From the NCBI GenBank assembly GCA_951406725.2, contig OX597833.1, forward strand, positions 61,752,001 through 61,816,000: 64,000 nt of DNA. Direction: 5' to 3'. This stretch comes from Octopus vulgaris. Taxonomy: Eukaryota. The notes under the pieces were generated by a model. That model did no database searches and was not told the DNA's origin. It saw only the letters and a program-made list of their open reading frames with translations. The position numbers and the translations under genes are program-made. Positions 39,986-54,504 of this stretch are shown here, piece by piece (position 1 is the stretch's first letter; each line of letters opens with the position of its first letter).

Positions 39986-40210
39986 GAGCTGGCAGAAACG
40001 TTAGCGCGCCGTGTGAAATGCTTAGCGGTATTTTGTCTGCCGTTATGTTGTGAGTTCAAATTCCGCCAAGGTCGACTTTGCCTTTCATCCTTTCGGGGTC
40101 GATTAAATAAGTACCAGTTACGCACTGGGGTCGATATAATCGACTTAATCTGTCTGTCTGTCCTTGTTTGTCCCCTCTATGTTTAGCCCCTTGTGGGTAG
40201 TAAAGAAATA
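39986..40210 (+). mobile_element. SINE family B (Deu/Nin-like domain) nested in a family E SINE with a 16-bp TSD
   Basis: ggtcgactttgcctttcatcctttcggggtcgattaaataagtaccag. TSD ggtatgcatgggtgac at 39970 and 40211. Other copies: 12383-12603 (13-bp TSD), 26160-26790 (three tandem), 54258-54490, 55480-55700. Confidence 0.85.
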
Positions 40211-41192
40211 GGTATGCATGGGTGACTGCTGGTCTTCCATGAACACCCTTGCCCAGACTTGGGCCTTGGAGGGTAACTTTCCAGGTGCAAGCCCATGGTC
40301 AGTGTCTGACTAAAGGGGGTCTCATGTATTGTGTGTGTGTGTGTGTGTGTTTTTTATGTTGCACTCCTTCTTGGTTTGTAACATGGAAGCACTCCGTCGG
40401 TTCCGACGACGAGGGTTCCGGTTGATCCGATCAATGGAAGAGCCTGCTCGTGAAATTAACGTGTAAGTGGCTGAGCACTCCACAGACACGTGTACCCTTA
40501 ACGTAGTTCTCGGGGATATTCAGCGTGACACAGAGAGTGACAAGGCCGGCCCTTTGAAATACAGGTACAACAGAAACAGGAAGTAAGAGTGAGAGAAAGT
40601 TGTGGTGAAAGAGTACAGCAGGGATCACCACCATCCCCTACCAGAGCCTCGTGGAGATTTAAGTGTTTCCGCTCAATAAGCACTCACAACGCCCTGTCTG
40701 GGAATCGAAATCGCGATCCTATGACCGCGAGTCCGCTGCCCTAACCACTGGGCCATTGCGCCTCCACTTGGTTTGTAACATAGTAGTTCAAGAAACAGAG
40801 AGCAACAAAACAGTTAGCTGACTGAAATAAGAAACGAGGTCAACAGGACTGATTAAAACCCACAGAGGTATCATCCCGGCATCGCTGCCGTCTGACGACC
40901 CGAAATGAATGATGGGACAATAAAACTTAGTGTAATTACGATGGTTACAAAAGCAAAAGCAATTGGGTGCAGCAGCTTAATTATTTGTGATAATATTTTC
41001 TTAATTAATTAAGACTCATTATTGTTGCTGCTGTTGCTGCTGCTGCTGTTGCGGCAGTTGTTGTTGCTGTTGTTGTTGAGTCCCAAATCAGACCTGTCTG
41101 GGGCAGACCTAGGATCAAAGGAATCCCGGTTTTGATCATTATCCCATGCATTTTGATGGGGCAGGGGAAGGAAAGCGGTAGTACTACATATA

Positions 41193-41226
<34 letters not shown>

Positions 41227-41231
<5 letters not shown>

Positions 41232-41543
41232 CATAAGGGGCATCAGCCATCTGAATGTGGCTAGGGACAGGGCGGGGTGGTGGGGGTGTTACTGATGCAT
41301 TTAGCCCCAGGCGATCATCGACATCACCAGGAGGGCTGACACCATCTCGGTGTCCTCTAGCCTGCAAAGGGAGAGGCTAGAGGACACCGAGATGGTGTCA
41401 GCCCTCCTGGTGACGTCGATGATCGCCTGGGGCTAAATGCATCAGTAACACCCCCACCACCCCACCCTGTCCCTAGCCACATTCAGATGGCTGATGCCCC
41501 TTATGTTATAGAGCAGTTACTGTTTATATCTCGTTTAGAGATT

Positions 41544-41548
<5 letters not shown>
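41227..41548. repeat. GC-rich fold-back (41227-41363 vs 41374-41510) plus tail between (TA)n tracts
   Basis: About 137-bp arms with about 2 mismatches and a 10-nt loop. Confidence 0.9.
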
Positions 41549-41589
<41 letters not shown>

Positions 41590-41590
<1 letters not shown>

Positions 41591-41863
41591 TAGTTGAATG
41601 AATTATCCTAGTATAGATAATTCGGTTAACCGATACCTGGGTAGCAAATTCATGTCAGAAAAACACGGTTGAAGCTACATGCCAAGGGCAGAGATCACGT
41701 GCTTTCGTGTGGAAATTTGTGTGTTTTTTAATACAAATAAATGAAAGAATGGAGTTGAACAACGATTTAACAAAATTCCTTTTGTTATTTGTCGAGAATA
41801 ACATATGTCGAGAATAAAGGAATTTTGTTAAATTGTCGTTCAACTCCATTCTTTCATTTATTT
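41590..41863. repeat. Fold-back (41735-41782 vs 41816-41863) plus left tail
   Basis: aaataaatgaaagaatggagttgaacaacgatttaacaaaattcct is mirrored. Confidence 0.75.
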
Positions 41864-41884
41864 ATATATATATATATATATATA

Positions 41885-42219
<335 letters not shown>

Positions 42220-42229
42220 TAAATGTTAC

Positions 42230-42651
42230 TTTTTAGGGAATAAAAATTCCGGCATAACAGAGGTTCAAATTATTCTCAATGAGGAAATATATTTTAATTT
42301 AGAGATAGTTGGCCCCTACATCTCCCCATATAAAAAGAATTTTTATTTTCATTTTAAATACCTACTGTTTTACTACTTGGCAACACGTGGTTCATGAGGC
42401 ACATTCTCTGGTTCCTAAACCACTCTGTGTTTTCCTGGAACCCTTCTTAAAATGTAATCCTAATCATCAGGCCCTTATATCACTTTATCAACGTTCAATA
42501 CAATAAACTATATTTAAATTTCTTAAAGCACTTAAGTATGTGAGACAAGTGTTGCCAAGTAATAAAACAGTAGGTATTTAAAATAAAAATAATAATTCTT
42601 TTCTTTTTATATGGTGAGATGTAGGGGCCCTACTATCTCTAAATTAAAATA

Positions 42652-42652
<1 letters not shown>
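42230..42652. repeat. Fold-back (42288-42395 vs 42540-42652) plus left tail
   Basis: Inverted arms read directly; (TA)n on both sides. Confidence 0.75.
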
Positions 42653-42702
<50 letters not shown>

Positions 42703-42773
42703 ATGTGTATATATATATATGTATGTATGTATATGTGTATATATATATGTATGTATGTGTATATATATATATG

Positions 42774-42812
<39 letters not shown>

Positions 42813-42903
42813 GAAATGAGGTAATCAGAAGATCGGATGGTTCATATTTATAGATATTTATTTATATATTACATTTTTTACATATATATATCATATCATT
42901 CAG

Positions 42904-42944
42904 ATTATTAGCGCTTTCTCCCATTCTAGTGGGGTTTTCAAATC

Positions 42945-42946
<2 letters not shown>
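42904..42946 (-). ncRNA. Hammerhead-like motif with U3-A8 covariant core
   Basis: AT-TTGAAAA-cCCCA ctagaa TGGGa-GAAA-GCGC-TA-AT. Confidence 0.5.
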
Positions 42947-42988
<42 letters not shown>

Positions 42989-43095
42989 CACATATGTTTA
43001 CACAACATTTGATCACTATAAACAAATCATCTGCGTGGTTGTTCGGTAAGAAATAGTCAAACCCTCATATGTCGTCTAATGACAGAAGAGTCCAT

Positions 43096-43135
<40 letters not shown>

Positions 43136-43577
43136 TATATAAGGAAAATAAGACAAGGTAGAAAATGGTGAAATAATTTTACCATGAAGAACATTTTAAT
43201 ACCGGTTTCAGTCTTTGCGACTCTTTCAACTTAGAGAAAAGGTTGAAAAACAATTCAATCATGGAAAAATTTAATGAAATGTTTTTTTTTAAATATTTCC
43301 ATAGTTTTCAAATATTTTACAAGAGTAAAAAAGAAAAACAGACAGAAAAAAGGAAAATGTCCCTTGTATTTGAAAACTATGGAAACATTTAAAAAAAACA
43401 TTTCAATTAATTTTCTCACAATTTAATTGTTTTTCATGCTTTACTCTAAGTTGAAAAATTCGCAAAGACTGAAAATGGTACTAAAATGTTCTTCATGATA
43501 AAATTATTTTAGCATTTTCTACCTTGTCATATTTTCCTTATACATATCAACTCGCGTGTTCCTTTTCAACCTTCTAA
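43136..43577. repeat. Fold-back (43136-43314 vs 43367-43545) with degenerate hammerhead-like motif
   Basis: Arms contain TTGAAA(G/A)-A(G/T)TC gcaaa GACT-GAAA-CCGG/ATGG-TA. Confidence 0.75.
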
Positions 43578-43961
43578 ACACACACACACACACACACTTT
43601 TACACACATACATACATATATATATATATATCTTTATTGATATTTAGGGGAAGTGACAGAGTGACACAAGGTCTGAGAGTTTCGTGCGTTTGATAAGTGC
43701 CAACACACAAAACTTTTAGACCCTGAGTCACTCTGATACTTGTGCTAAATATTAATAGAAATTATGCATACATTTTAAGTTCTATTTTTTCTGTTTGCAT
43801 CAACATGACTGTACATATGTGTGTGTGTATGCATATATGTATATATGTGTATATATACATACATATACATACATATATATATGTGTGTGTGTGTGTTTGT
43901 ATATATATGTATATATATATATATATACATACACTTATACATATATACATATATATATATT

Positions 43962-44007
<46 letters not shown>

Positions 44008-44450
44008 CATACGTATATATATATATATGTATATATACATTTAAATCCTTATATCCTTAAAAATGTTTCAGCTCGAAGGCTGCGGCCATGCTATGGGTGA
44101 AAAATAGAATATTAATTTAATTAATATCAATTTAAAATCAGTGGTCTACCATATTTAAAAATCTGAAGTTTCAGAAAATATATGTACGTATGTATGTATG
44201 TATTAATGTATGTATGTATGTATGTATGTATGTATGTATGTATGTATGTATGTATGTATGTATGTATGTATGAATGTATGTATGTATGAATGTATGTATG
44301 TATGAATGTATCTATGTATGTGTGTGTGTATGTATGTATGTATGTATGTATGTATGTATGTATGTGTATGTATGTATGTATGTATGTATGTATGTATGTA
44401 TATGGATGTATGAATATATGAATATGTATACACACACATACATATGTATG

Positions 44451-44493
<43 letters not shown>

Positions 44494-45674
44494 TTCCGCA
44501 TTTAATGTCTATTGTCCATGTTGGTATGTGTGTGTGTGTGTGTGCGCGCGTGCATGTATATATATATAAATACATATTCTTTATCTTTTCCTTGTTTCAA
44601 TCGTTAGACAAACAAAAAAAAAAAAACGTCTCCGGTATTTACTTCTTTTCTCAACTTGGCACTCCTTTTATCGGTCCGTTTTGCCGGACTCCTAAGTTAC
44701 AGGGATGTAAACAAACCAACGCCTGTTGTCAAGTGACGGCGTTTAGAGGACAAACACACCCACCCACCTACAACACCCACCTACAACACCCACCTACAAC
44801 ACACACACAAATACGATCGGCTCTTCCTGTTAAACACAATACGTCGTTATGTAATTTCAGGGGAAATTTTTCCTGCCATTTCCAACGAACCCCAGCAAAC
44901 ATATTCAGGTTTCCCTCAAACCCGATTGCTGCTTCTATCTTTAAATGGTTTGTCACAGTCACATCACAAACACAGCCACTGTAATTTCCCAGAACTATGA
45001 ATAACTCCACTGATTTTGTCAACAAATCGAGGTCAAACGAGAAGTACAAAAGAATCACATTAAATGAACATTACTTTCAGTTTTGCCTTAAGTTTCACAG
45101 CAGAAAATAAATGACGATCGTAGACAGTTCAATAATTCGTTCAATGCCTTGATCAGCGAAGTACATATCGTTATTGGAATATATTGATCTTCCCCAAACC
45201 ATTTCAGCGATGGGTAAGTTAGTTTGTTTTTCTACGACACATTTTTATTATAAATATTATTTATCCAGCAGTGGGGGAGATCGAATTAATCTCAAATAAC
45301 TCAGCCCTTGTGCCTATTGTAAAAAAAATCGTTACTATGAAACTGGCAGAACAGTTTAGCACGCTGGACATTATGCTTAGCGGCATTTCGTCCGTTTTGA
45401 CGTCCTGAGTTCAAATTCCGTCCCAAGTCGACTTTACCTTTTATCCTTTTGGGCATCGATGAAATCAATACTAGTTGAATACTAGGGTCGATGTGATCGA
45501 CTTAACGCTCTTCCCCGATAGTGCTGGCCTTGTGCCGAAATTTGAGACTATTATTATTGTTGGTCTTTCGTTGTTTTGTCCTGTACTGTCCATAATGTAA
45601 ACCTTTTGTGGTTAATAATGAAATTACCACCACCACCACCACCATTATTATTATTATTATTATTATTATTGTTG

Positions 45675-45730
<56 letters not shown>

Positions 45731-45746
45731 GTTGTTGTTGTTGTTG

Positions 45747-45812
<66 letters not shown>

Positions 45813-45886
45813 TCCTTCAATTGGACAGGCCAATGCAATTTTCCTTTGCCTGGTGGCTGTGGCAAAAGTGGTTGTTGTTATTATTA

Positions 45887-45924
<38 letters not shown>

Positions 45925-45928
<4 letters not shown>

Positions 45929-46514
45929 TCCTTCAATCGGGCAGGCCAAGGTAATTTTCCTTTGCCTGGTGGCTGTGGGGAAAGAGGTCGTTTGGTGGAC
46001 AAAGCTGAAAGGCATGAGGGCAGACACATTCCTCTTTGGTAGAGCTCTCATTGACTTCTTCAACTTTTACTCGAAAAGGAAATGGAGAGTGGAGAGTGAA
46101 GTGCTGTCCTCGAGTGAGTTTACTGAAGGGTGAGTGAAAGTTGCGAAAAATGGCAAGAGTGGATGGTACCTCTCTAAGCGTAGACCTGTGAGTCGGAGAG
46201 AAGGAATTGGAGAGGCCACTTGCTCCTAGGATTTCAGGGAAATCTCAGACAGTGGGGTTCCTCGATTATCCCTAGAGGTGTTCCTGGATCAGGATGGCCC
46301 CATCTTTATCATCCTCCCTGCCCCCTTTGTTTTTCTTTGTTTTTTGGGGTTTTTTAACCGTTGTATGTTATACATAAGTCCCCTCTTTTCCAGTATATAC
46401 CATGTATAGTTTTTTTTTATCGTTTCATTATTATATATAAACCCCAACACTTGATGTCTGTCTCTGTATTGTCCCCCTCAGCCTTTGCCCTTGTGGCAAA
46501 AAAAAAAGGAAATT

Positions 46515-46515
<1 letters not shown>
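45925..46515 (+). mobile_element. L1/Tx1-clade LINE 3' end
   Basis: FLCLVAVGKEVVWWTKLKG..LIDFFNF..KRK.RVE..VLSSSEF resembles the Tx1/L1 ORF2 C-terminus. Pyrimidine-rich 3'UTR; first about 60 bp duplicated at 45810-45868. Confidence 0.6.
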
Positions 46516-46570
<55 letters not shown>

Positions 46571-46583
46571 TATTATTATTATA

Positions 46584-46973
46584 TGTTTGACTTTTGCTTT
46601 ATATTTGTACAAGTTGGCTCCAAGTCTCACCCGGAGACCCCAAGAGACAACAGGTTGGAAGTTCACGTTGTTGTTATGCCTAGTGTGCCATATATTTGGT
46701 TGTTTTTTTTTTTGGTGTTGTACTAGTGGATGTCTAAAAAAAATATTTAAAAAATGTTTGTTTTAAACCTTGAGATTACATAGAAAGTATTTTGCGTAGG
46801 ATATGAGCAGTTCCCATGAACACTATCTTTTGAATTTCTGCCATTTTGGGGTTTCCTGGTATCTGAGTTAGGTAGCTATCAGCCCCTTTTGCTATCATTC
46901 CCAAGGCACCTATGACAATAGGTATTGTTTTAGTCTTCAGGTTCCACATTTTGCTGATTTATATTTCAAGATC

Positions 46974-46976
<3 letters not shown>
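46584..46976 (-). mobile_element. R4/Dong-like RLE LINE 3' end inserted in (TAA)n
   Basis: KDLEI*ISKMWNLKTKTIPIVIGALGMIAKG..IQKIVFMGTAHILRKILSM*, with (TAA)n at both ends. Confidence 0.8.
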
Positions 46977-47020
<44 letters not shown>

Positions 47021-47153
47021 GATTAAAATTCTGCCGAGGTTGACTTTGCCCTTCATCCTTTTAGGGTTGACTAAACAAGTAGCAGTTACACACTGGGGTC
47101 GATGTAATCGACTCACCCTCACCCCAAATTTCAGGCCTTGTACCTACAGTAGA

Positions 47154-47195
<42 letters not shown>

Positions 47196-47502
47196 TACTT
47201 TTGTTTTTGTTGTTGTTGTTACTATTATTTTAATTTGTCACGTTGATATGAAGCCATTTTATAGAGTTCAAAAGAGGTGGTCACTAAATGTCCAGCTCTG
47301 GCCATACTGATTGTTTGTTATAGTAAGGGGTGTTATTGTTCAGATCCCAGTCAGTTTTGATTGGGAAACACTGTTGATTCAAGGGCCAAGCATTGCCCTT
47401 AATCAAAAACTTTCTGGACAACAATGGTTGCCATTGGCACAGCTTATATAAACGCACAAGCACAAACACGTGTGTGTGTGTGTGTGTGTGTGTGATGTAT
47501 GT

Positions 47503-47678
<176 letters not shown>

Positions 47679-47850
47679 AATGTATATCAGTGTGTATGTC
47701 TGCAAGCCACATTTTTCCTCACCCAGTATAATCATAATTCACAAAACCTGAAAGGTATTTTTAAAAGAAAATTTCAATAAAAAAAATATCCATTTTTTTT
47801 CTGAAAGTTATGAGGAAACAAAGTCAGGCATGTAGGTATGCTTGTATGTA

Positions 47851-47894
<44 letters not shown>

Positions 47895-47939
47895 GTCTGT
47901 CTGTCTGTCTGCCTGTCTGTCTGTCTCTCTCTCTCTCTT

Positions 47940-47995
<56 letters not shown>

Positions 47996-48370
47996 CATGC
48001 ATACATATATGCACATGTGCACACATATGTATAAATATACACACACACATGCACACACATACACACATATAGGCATATATATGCATATGTCTATATGTAT
48101 ATACATGTCCATGTGTGTGTGTATGTGTGTGTGTGTATATTTCACTTAGGCTTTAGAAGTCAATATACATATGCTTCAAAATGAAGGGTCAGTCAAATAT
48201 GGAGCGATTACAAGAAATTAGAATGATAGCAGAACAAGCAAATATGTTATAAACATTGTTTTCTTAACAGCTGTTTCTGCTATAGGACGTAATGTAGTAG
48301 GCAAGTATTCAACTGAAAGCTAATGTAGTTCATAACATAATCATTTATTCCTTAGTCATTGTAATTTCTG

Positions 48371-48427
<57 letters not shown>

Positions 48428-48703
48428 TGGTTGGTATCAGCAACAATCAGTGAAAAAAGGCATAAATGAACTTTAGCTTGGTAAAATATTTTATTTGATA
48501 TATTTCAACTTCTTAAGGCACAGTCACTGTAGTCACTGGGGAGAAAAAATTTTCTCTTATAGTAAAAATGGTAACCAACTAAATGGTTGCTGGTTCAGTC
48601 CCACTGCGTGGCATCTTGGGCAAGTGTCTTCTGCTATAGCCCCGGGCCGACCAATGCCTTGTGAGTGGATTTGGTAGACGGAAACTGAAAGAAGCCTGTC
48701 GTA

Positions 48704-48750
<47 letters not shown>

Positions 48751-49794
48751 TTGTGTGTTTGTCCCCCTAGCATTGCTTGACAACCGATGCTGGTGTGTTT
48801 ACGTCCCTGTCACTTAGCAGTTCGGCAAAAAGAGACCGATAGAATAAGTACTAGGCTTACAAAGAATAAGTCCCGGGGTCGATTTGCTCGACTAAAAGGC
48901 GGTGCTCCAGCATGGCCGCAGTCAAATGACTGAAACAAGTAAAAGAGTAAAAGAGTAAAGAGATGTAAAAACACCATACCTGTGCAGTGCTGCCCCCTTT
49001 ATACACAGATACATACATACAGACAGACAGACAGACAAACAGATATGCTGATGCAAACAGGAAAAATAGGAATCATACTTTTATTGATATTTAGCAGTGG
49101 CAACAGAGTGCCTCAAGGGCCAAGGGTTTCATGCATTGGCACTTATGAAAGAGGCAAATAAGAAAATGGAGAGGCTATAAAATCAACAAACATCAGCCAG
49201 TAAACATTTCATTATACTCTCTCTCTCTCTCTTTTACTCTTTTAGTTGTTTCAGTCATTTGACTGCGGCCACGCTGGAGCACCGCCTTTAGTCGAGCAAA
49301 TCGACCCCGGGACTTATTCTTTTGTAAGCCCAGTACTTATTCTATCGGTCTCTTTTGCCGAACCGCTAAGTGACGGGGGACGTAAACACACCAGCATCGG
49401 TTGTCAAGCAATGCTAGAGGGACAAACACAGACACACAAACATATACACACACATACATACATATATATATATACATATATATACGACAGGCTTCTTTCA
49501 GTTTCTGTCTACCAAATCCACTCACAAGGCTTTGGTCGGCCCGAGGCTATAGCAGAAGACACTTGCCCAAGATGCCATGCAGTGGGACTGAACCCAGAAC
49601 CATGTGGTTGGTAGGCAAGCTACTTACCACACAGCCACTCCTGCGCCTTATATATCTATTTATTAAATGATAACAAACATATGTTTGAGTGGTACAAGTA
49701 AATGAATGACATCAGCCAATAAATACGTAAGCAGATATATATATAGAGAGAGATAAATGAATGAATAATAATAGATGAGTGTACAGATACGAAT

Positions 49795-49926
49795 CCCTTA
49801 CAGCCGTTTCTGCCACGCAGCCTCAGAATCTTTCAAATCATCCTCATGATGTCAATGATATACAGGGATGAACAAACATTGGGCAGAGATTGGGTAATGG
49901 TAGAGCTTCAAGGCTTCTTCAGAGAG
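49795..49926 (-). ncRNA. Hammerhead ribozyme motif with large loop II
   Basis: CTCT-CTGAAGA-AGCC...GGCA-GAAA-CGGCTG-TA-AGGG. Confidence 0.55.
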
Positions 49927-50463
49927 TACAAATTTAGGTAGAATAATAGAGTAGGGTAAATAAGATAAGATAGAGTAAAACAGGTAAAAATAAAAATAAT
50001 GTAATGTAATTGACATGGTAAGGAAAAGAAAGAACTTCATTTTAAGGTGTTATTATAATCCATGGTATTCCATTTATTTATATATATATATGTATATATA
50101 TATATCATCATCATCATCATCATCGTTTAACATCCGCTTTCCATGCTAGCATGGGTTGGACGATTTTGACTGAGGGCTGGCGAACCAGATGGCTGCACCA
50201 GGCTCCGATCTTGATTTGGCAGAGTTTCTACAGCTGGATGCCCTTCCTAACGCCAACCACTCCGAGAGTGTAGTGGGTGCTTTTTACGTGTCACCGGCAT
50301 GGGGGCCAGTCAGGCAGTACTCGCAACGACCTCGCTCGAATCCTTTTAGACATGCCACCAGCACACGACCAGGCTATCAGATGTTGCTAAATATCACGGG
50401 TCACACTGCGCTTTGCATAGTTTTAGCCTTCAAATGAGGCCACCCTGTGTACAAGTGTGTATG

Positions 50464-50582
<119 letters not shown>

Positions 50583-50593
50583 AATAATATAAA

Positions 50594-51046
50594 TATATAT
50601 GCATATATACATATGTATATGTACATACTTACATCTATATGTATACAGATATGCATATGTTTGCACAGGACATCACGAAATGTGTACAGCAAAAAAATAC
50701 GAAGCACGAGTACATGGAACATGAACTATTCTTTCAAACCACAAAAGACACAAATGAAAAACAAACAAACAACATAAAGAATGACCTTTCATCAGTTGTT
50801 GGCTGGTTTTCTAGTCTTGTATTTTGAGAAAAACAGCCAACCACAGATGAAGGGTCGTTCTTTTTGTTGTCTATTTTGTTTTCCATTTGTGTCTTTTGTT
50901 GTTCGAAAGAATAGTCCATGTTCCATGTACTCATACTTCTTATTTTTTTCTTGTACATGGTTTGTGACGTCCTGTGCTCACATATGCATATATATAAATG
51001 TATAGATGTGAGTATGTACATATAAGTATATATATGTGCATATATA
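50594..51046. repeat. Fold-back with about 220-bp diverged arms
   Basis: 50594-50812 mirrors 50827-51046, which also shows up as paired similar ORFs on opposite strands. Confidence 0.8.
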
Positions 51047-51275
51047 TACATACATACAAACATACATACATACATACATACATACATACATACATACATT
51101 ATATATATATATATATATATATATAGATGAGTGTATTTTTCCCTTGTTAACATATATATATATATATTCTTTACATTATATATAAATATACACACTCGTA
51201 CACATATATCTATATACATATTGTACACACACACACACGCTCACACACACACATACACACACACACACACGCACG

Positions 51276-51306
<31 letters not shown>

Positions 51307-51389
51307 GCTTCTTTTTTGAATATATAGTATTTATATTATTACATAATTGAACGCCACGCATCCTCTTCCAAGTAAATTGTATCTATATT

Positions 51390-51484
<95 letters not shown>

Positions 51485-51487
<3 letters not shown>

Positions 51488-51938
51488 CAAAATAAGAAAA
51501 TGGAGAAATACATCGAAATCAAATATCAATTACCTATATTTATATTTATATTTATATTTACTTATATTTATATTCTCTTATATATACTCTACTTATTGTA
51601 TAACATTACTCTTTTATGTACACTCCTTTATGTACACTGTTTTGTTCCACTTTTTTATGTTGAGCCTTAAAGTTTCTTATGTGGTGGTTTAATAAAGTAT
51701 GTGATTGAGTACTATCTGGTAATTGATAATTGATTTAGATGTATTTCTCCATTTTCTTATTTTGTATTATGAGTTTGTGGTAAAACATTTTACCTTTGCC
51801 CATGTAATACAGTAAATGAATTAATTGCATCGCAATTCTTAACATTTATGTATTAACTTTGCTGGGTACTTCACTAGCAGTATATTGGATATATGTTATC
51901 CCATGGAGGGTCGCATTTACAACCCCTATCTCAATTTG
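51485..51938 (+). mobile_element. Fold-back plus tail family (other members 52712-53040 on -, 14870-14990 tail only)
   Basis: Arms 51485-51532 and 51718-51768. Shared tail gggtac..cagtatattggata..atcccat..acccctatct followed by (TA)n. Confidence 0.7.
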
Positions 51939-51961
51939 TATATATATATATATATATATAT

Positions 51962-52004
<43 letters not shown>

Positions 52005-52469
52005 TACACATACACATATATATATATACACATACACACATACACATATATACACACACACACACAATCACTCACACACACACTTGCCTATCATCATCAT
52101 CGTTCTAAATGTTCCCACTGATCCATGCTGGCATTGAGGTCAGATGGCGTTACCAGAGCAAGGTAATGTTTCCACATGACCTGGCATGTCTCTGCCAAAT
52201 TACCGGATACGAACTCCACTCCTTGCATGACAGTTGTCCTCATTTACTACTATCACACAAGCAGACAGAAGCAAACGTATTCTCTCTTTCTTTATATTTC
52301 AGGCAAACACATACGTATATATATATATATATATATATATATGTAGAAACACTGCCAGATTTGACTGGGCCTGATGAAGCCTTCTGGCTTCACAGACCCC
52401 AGTAGAACCGTCCAACCCATGCTAGCATGGAAAACGGATGCTAAACGATGATGATGATGATGATGATGA

Positions 52470-52514
<45 letters not shown>

Positions 52515-53261
52515 CATACATATTTACACACACACACACACACACATAATAAATAATAAAAGGGTAAAATCAATCATAATTTTACCAGGTGGTCAGTGTG
52601 GAAATAAAAACCTCATAGGTAAATTTTCCAAAATATTTTATAATTATATACATAATTATAAGAATGGATCGTCTTCTATAAAATATTCTATAAAATATTT
52701 TATATATATATAAAGTGAGATAGGCGTTATGAGTGTAACCCACTATGGGATATCATTTATCCAATATACTGCCAGTAAAGTACCCAAAAGGCTAATACAT
52801 AAATGCTTTTAATTTCAATGCAATTAGTTCATTTATTGTATTATATGGGCGAAGGTAAAATGTTTTACCTCAAATTCATAATAAAAAATAAGAAAATGGC
52901 AGAATAGATTTCTTTGAATCATCAACTTACAGATAATACCAATTCATATAATTCATTAACTAATTAATTAAATTAAATAGGAACATCCAAATCCAACAGA
53001 ATAAGACGGAATATCCTCCATTTTCTTATTTTGTATTCCCTCTCTCTCTCTCTTTGGGAGAGGCACAAGCACCTACACGCACATATACACACACGGCAGT
53101 AACTTCCACCTACCGAATTCAATCACAAAGCTCCGGTCGGCTCGGGACTATAGTGGAAGACACCTACCCAAAGTGCCACGCAGTGGGACTGAACCCGAAA
53201 CCATGTAGCTAGGAAGCAAGCTCCCTAACCACACAGCCATGCCCGCGCCTAATATATATAT

Positions 53262-53660
53262 ATTGTTGTTGGCATCCTTTTGTCTCGGGAGACAATGGAG
53301 TTGCGCATAAACTAATCCAGTCTGGTTTTTACATTTCATGTCCTCTCCAGTTTCCTCTCCAGTTTTGCGCAGGCCTGGGCTAGATGTAAGAAAATCCTGG
53401 GTAACCCAATCGTCAGGATTCCTCTCTCAACCTTGCTGACGTAGTCCAAAGGAGTGCAGAGCATTACGTTTGGCACCAGCTTGGTTGTAGGAGCTGCCAA
53501 AAGGGTGTTGAATCGAACACTGAACTACCTATGGGGCTTCACTCTGGTTTTCTTTGAAAGTTGTCTCCTTTCCATAACCCTGGATAGGGGCCCACACTGG
53601 GTACTGTCAGCCGGAGCCAGCTGAGCCCAGGACTCGTGTCAAGCAGGGTCATCACTCTCT
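53262..53660 (-). mobile_element. RTE/BovB-like non-autonomous element
   Basis: ttgttggcatcctt..tctcgggagacaatggag..gcgc end and ggcaccagcttgg segment resemble RTE-BovB termini. Recalled, not searched. Confidence 0.45.
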
Positions 53661-53850
53661 GAATATATATATATATACACAAGAGGCACTGAGAAGTTCC
53701 TGGCTTAAAGGGTGTTGCAAAAGGCCCGGTTGGGGGCCCAACCTTCCAAGTTTTTTTACAGGGCTTAGAAAAACTGCAATAAGTGTGTGAATCCTGTATT
53801 TTCTTTTACCCAAAGCCATTGAGTTTTCGGCACACTCTCACATATGTATG

Positions 53851-53905
<55 letters not shown>

Positions 53906-54148
53906 TCATATTCTTTTACTCTTTTACTTGTTTCAGTCATTTGACTGCATCCATGCTGGAGCACCATCTTTAGTCTAACTAATCAACCCCAGGACTTATT
54001 CTTTGTAAGCCTAGTACTTATTCTATCAGTCTGTTTTGCTGAAATTCTAAGTTACAGGGACATAAACACACCAACATGAGTTGTCAAGCAATGGTGGGGT
54101 GGACAAACATAGACACACAAATACATACATACACACACACACACACAC

Positions 54149-54185
<37 letters not shown>

Positions 54186-54504
54186 ACAGGCTTCTTTTAG
54201 TTTCCGTCTACTAAATCCACTCACAAGGCTGTGATAATAATAGTAATAATAATAATTTATTTCTTTATTGCCCACAAGGGGCTAAACATAGAGGGGACAT
54301 ACAAGGACAGACAAACGGATTAAGCCAATTACATCAACTCCATTACGTAACTGGTACTTTTTTAATCGACCCTGAAAGTATGAAACGCTAAGTCAACCTT
54401 GGCGGAATTTGAACTCAGAATGTAATTACAAATGAAATACCGCTAAGCATTTCGCCTGGCGTGCTAACGATTCTGCCAGCTCACTGCCTTAAATAATAAT
54501 AATA

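Noticed and set aside
50780-50925. CTGATGA...GAAA in the 50.6-51.0 kb fold-back (similarly 4019-4066)
   Set aside because: Stems I-III cannot be formed convincingly.
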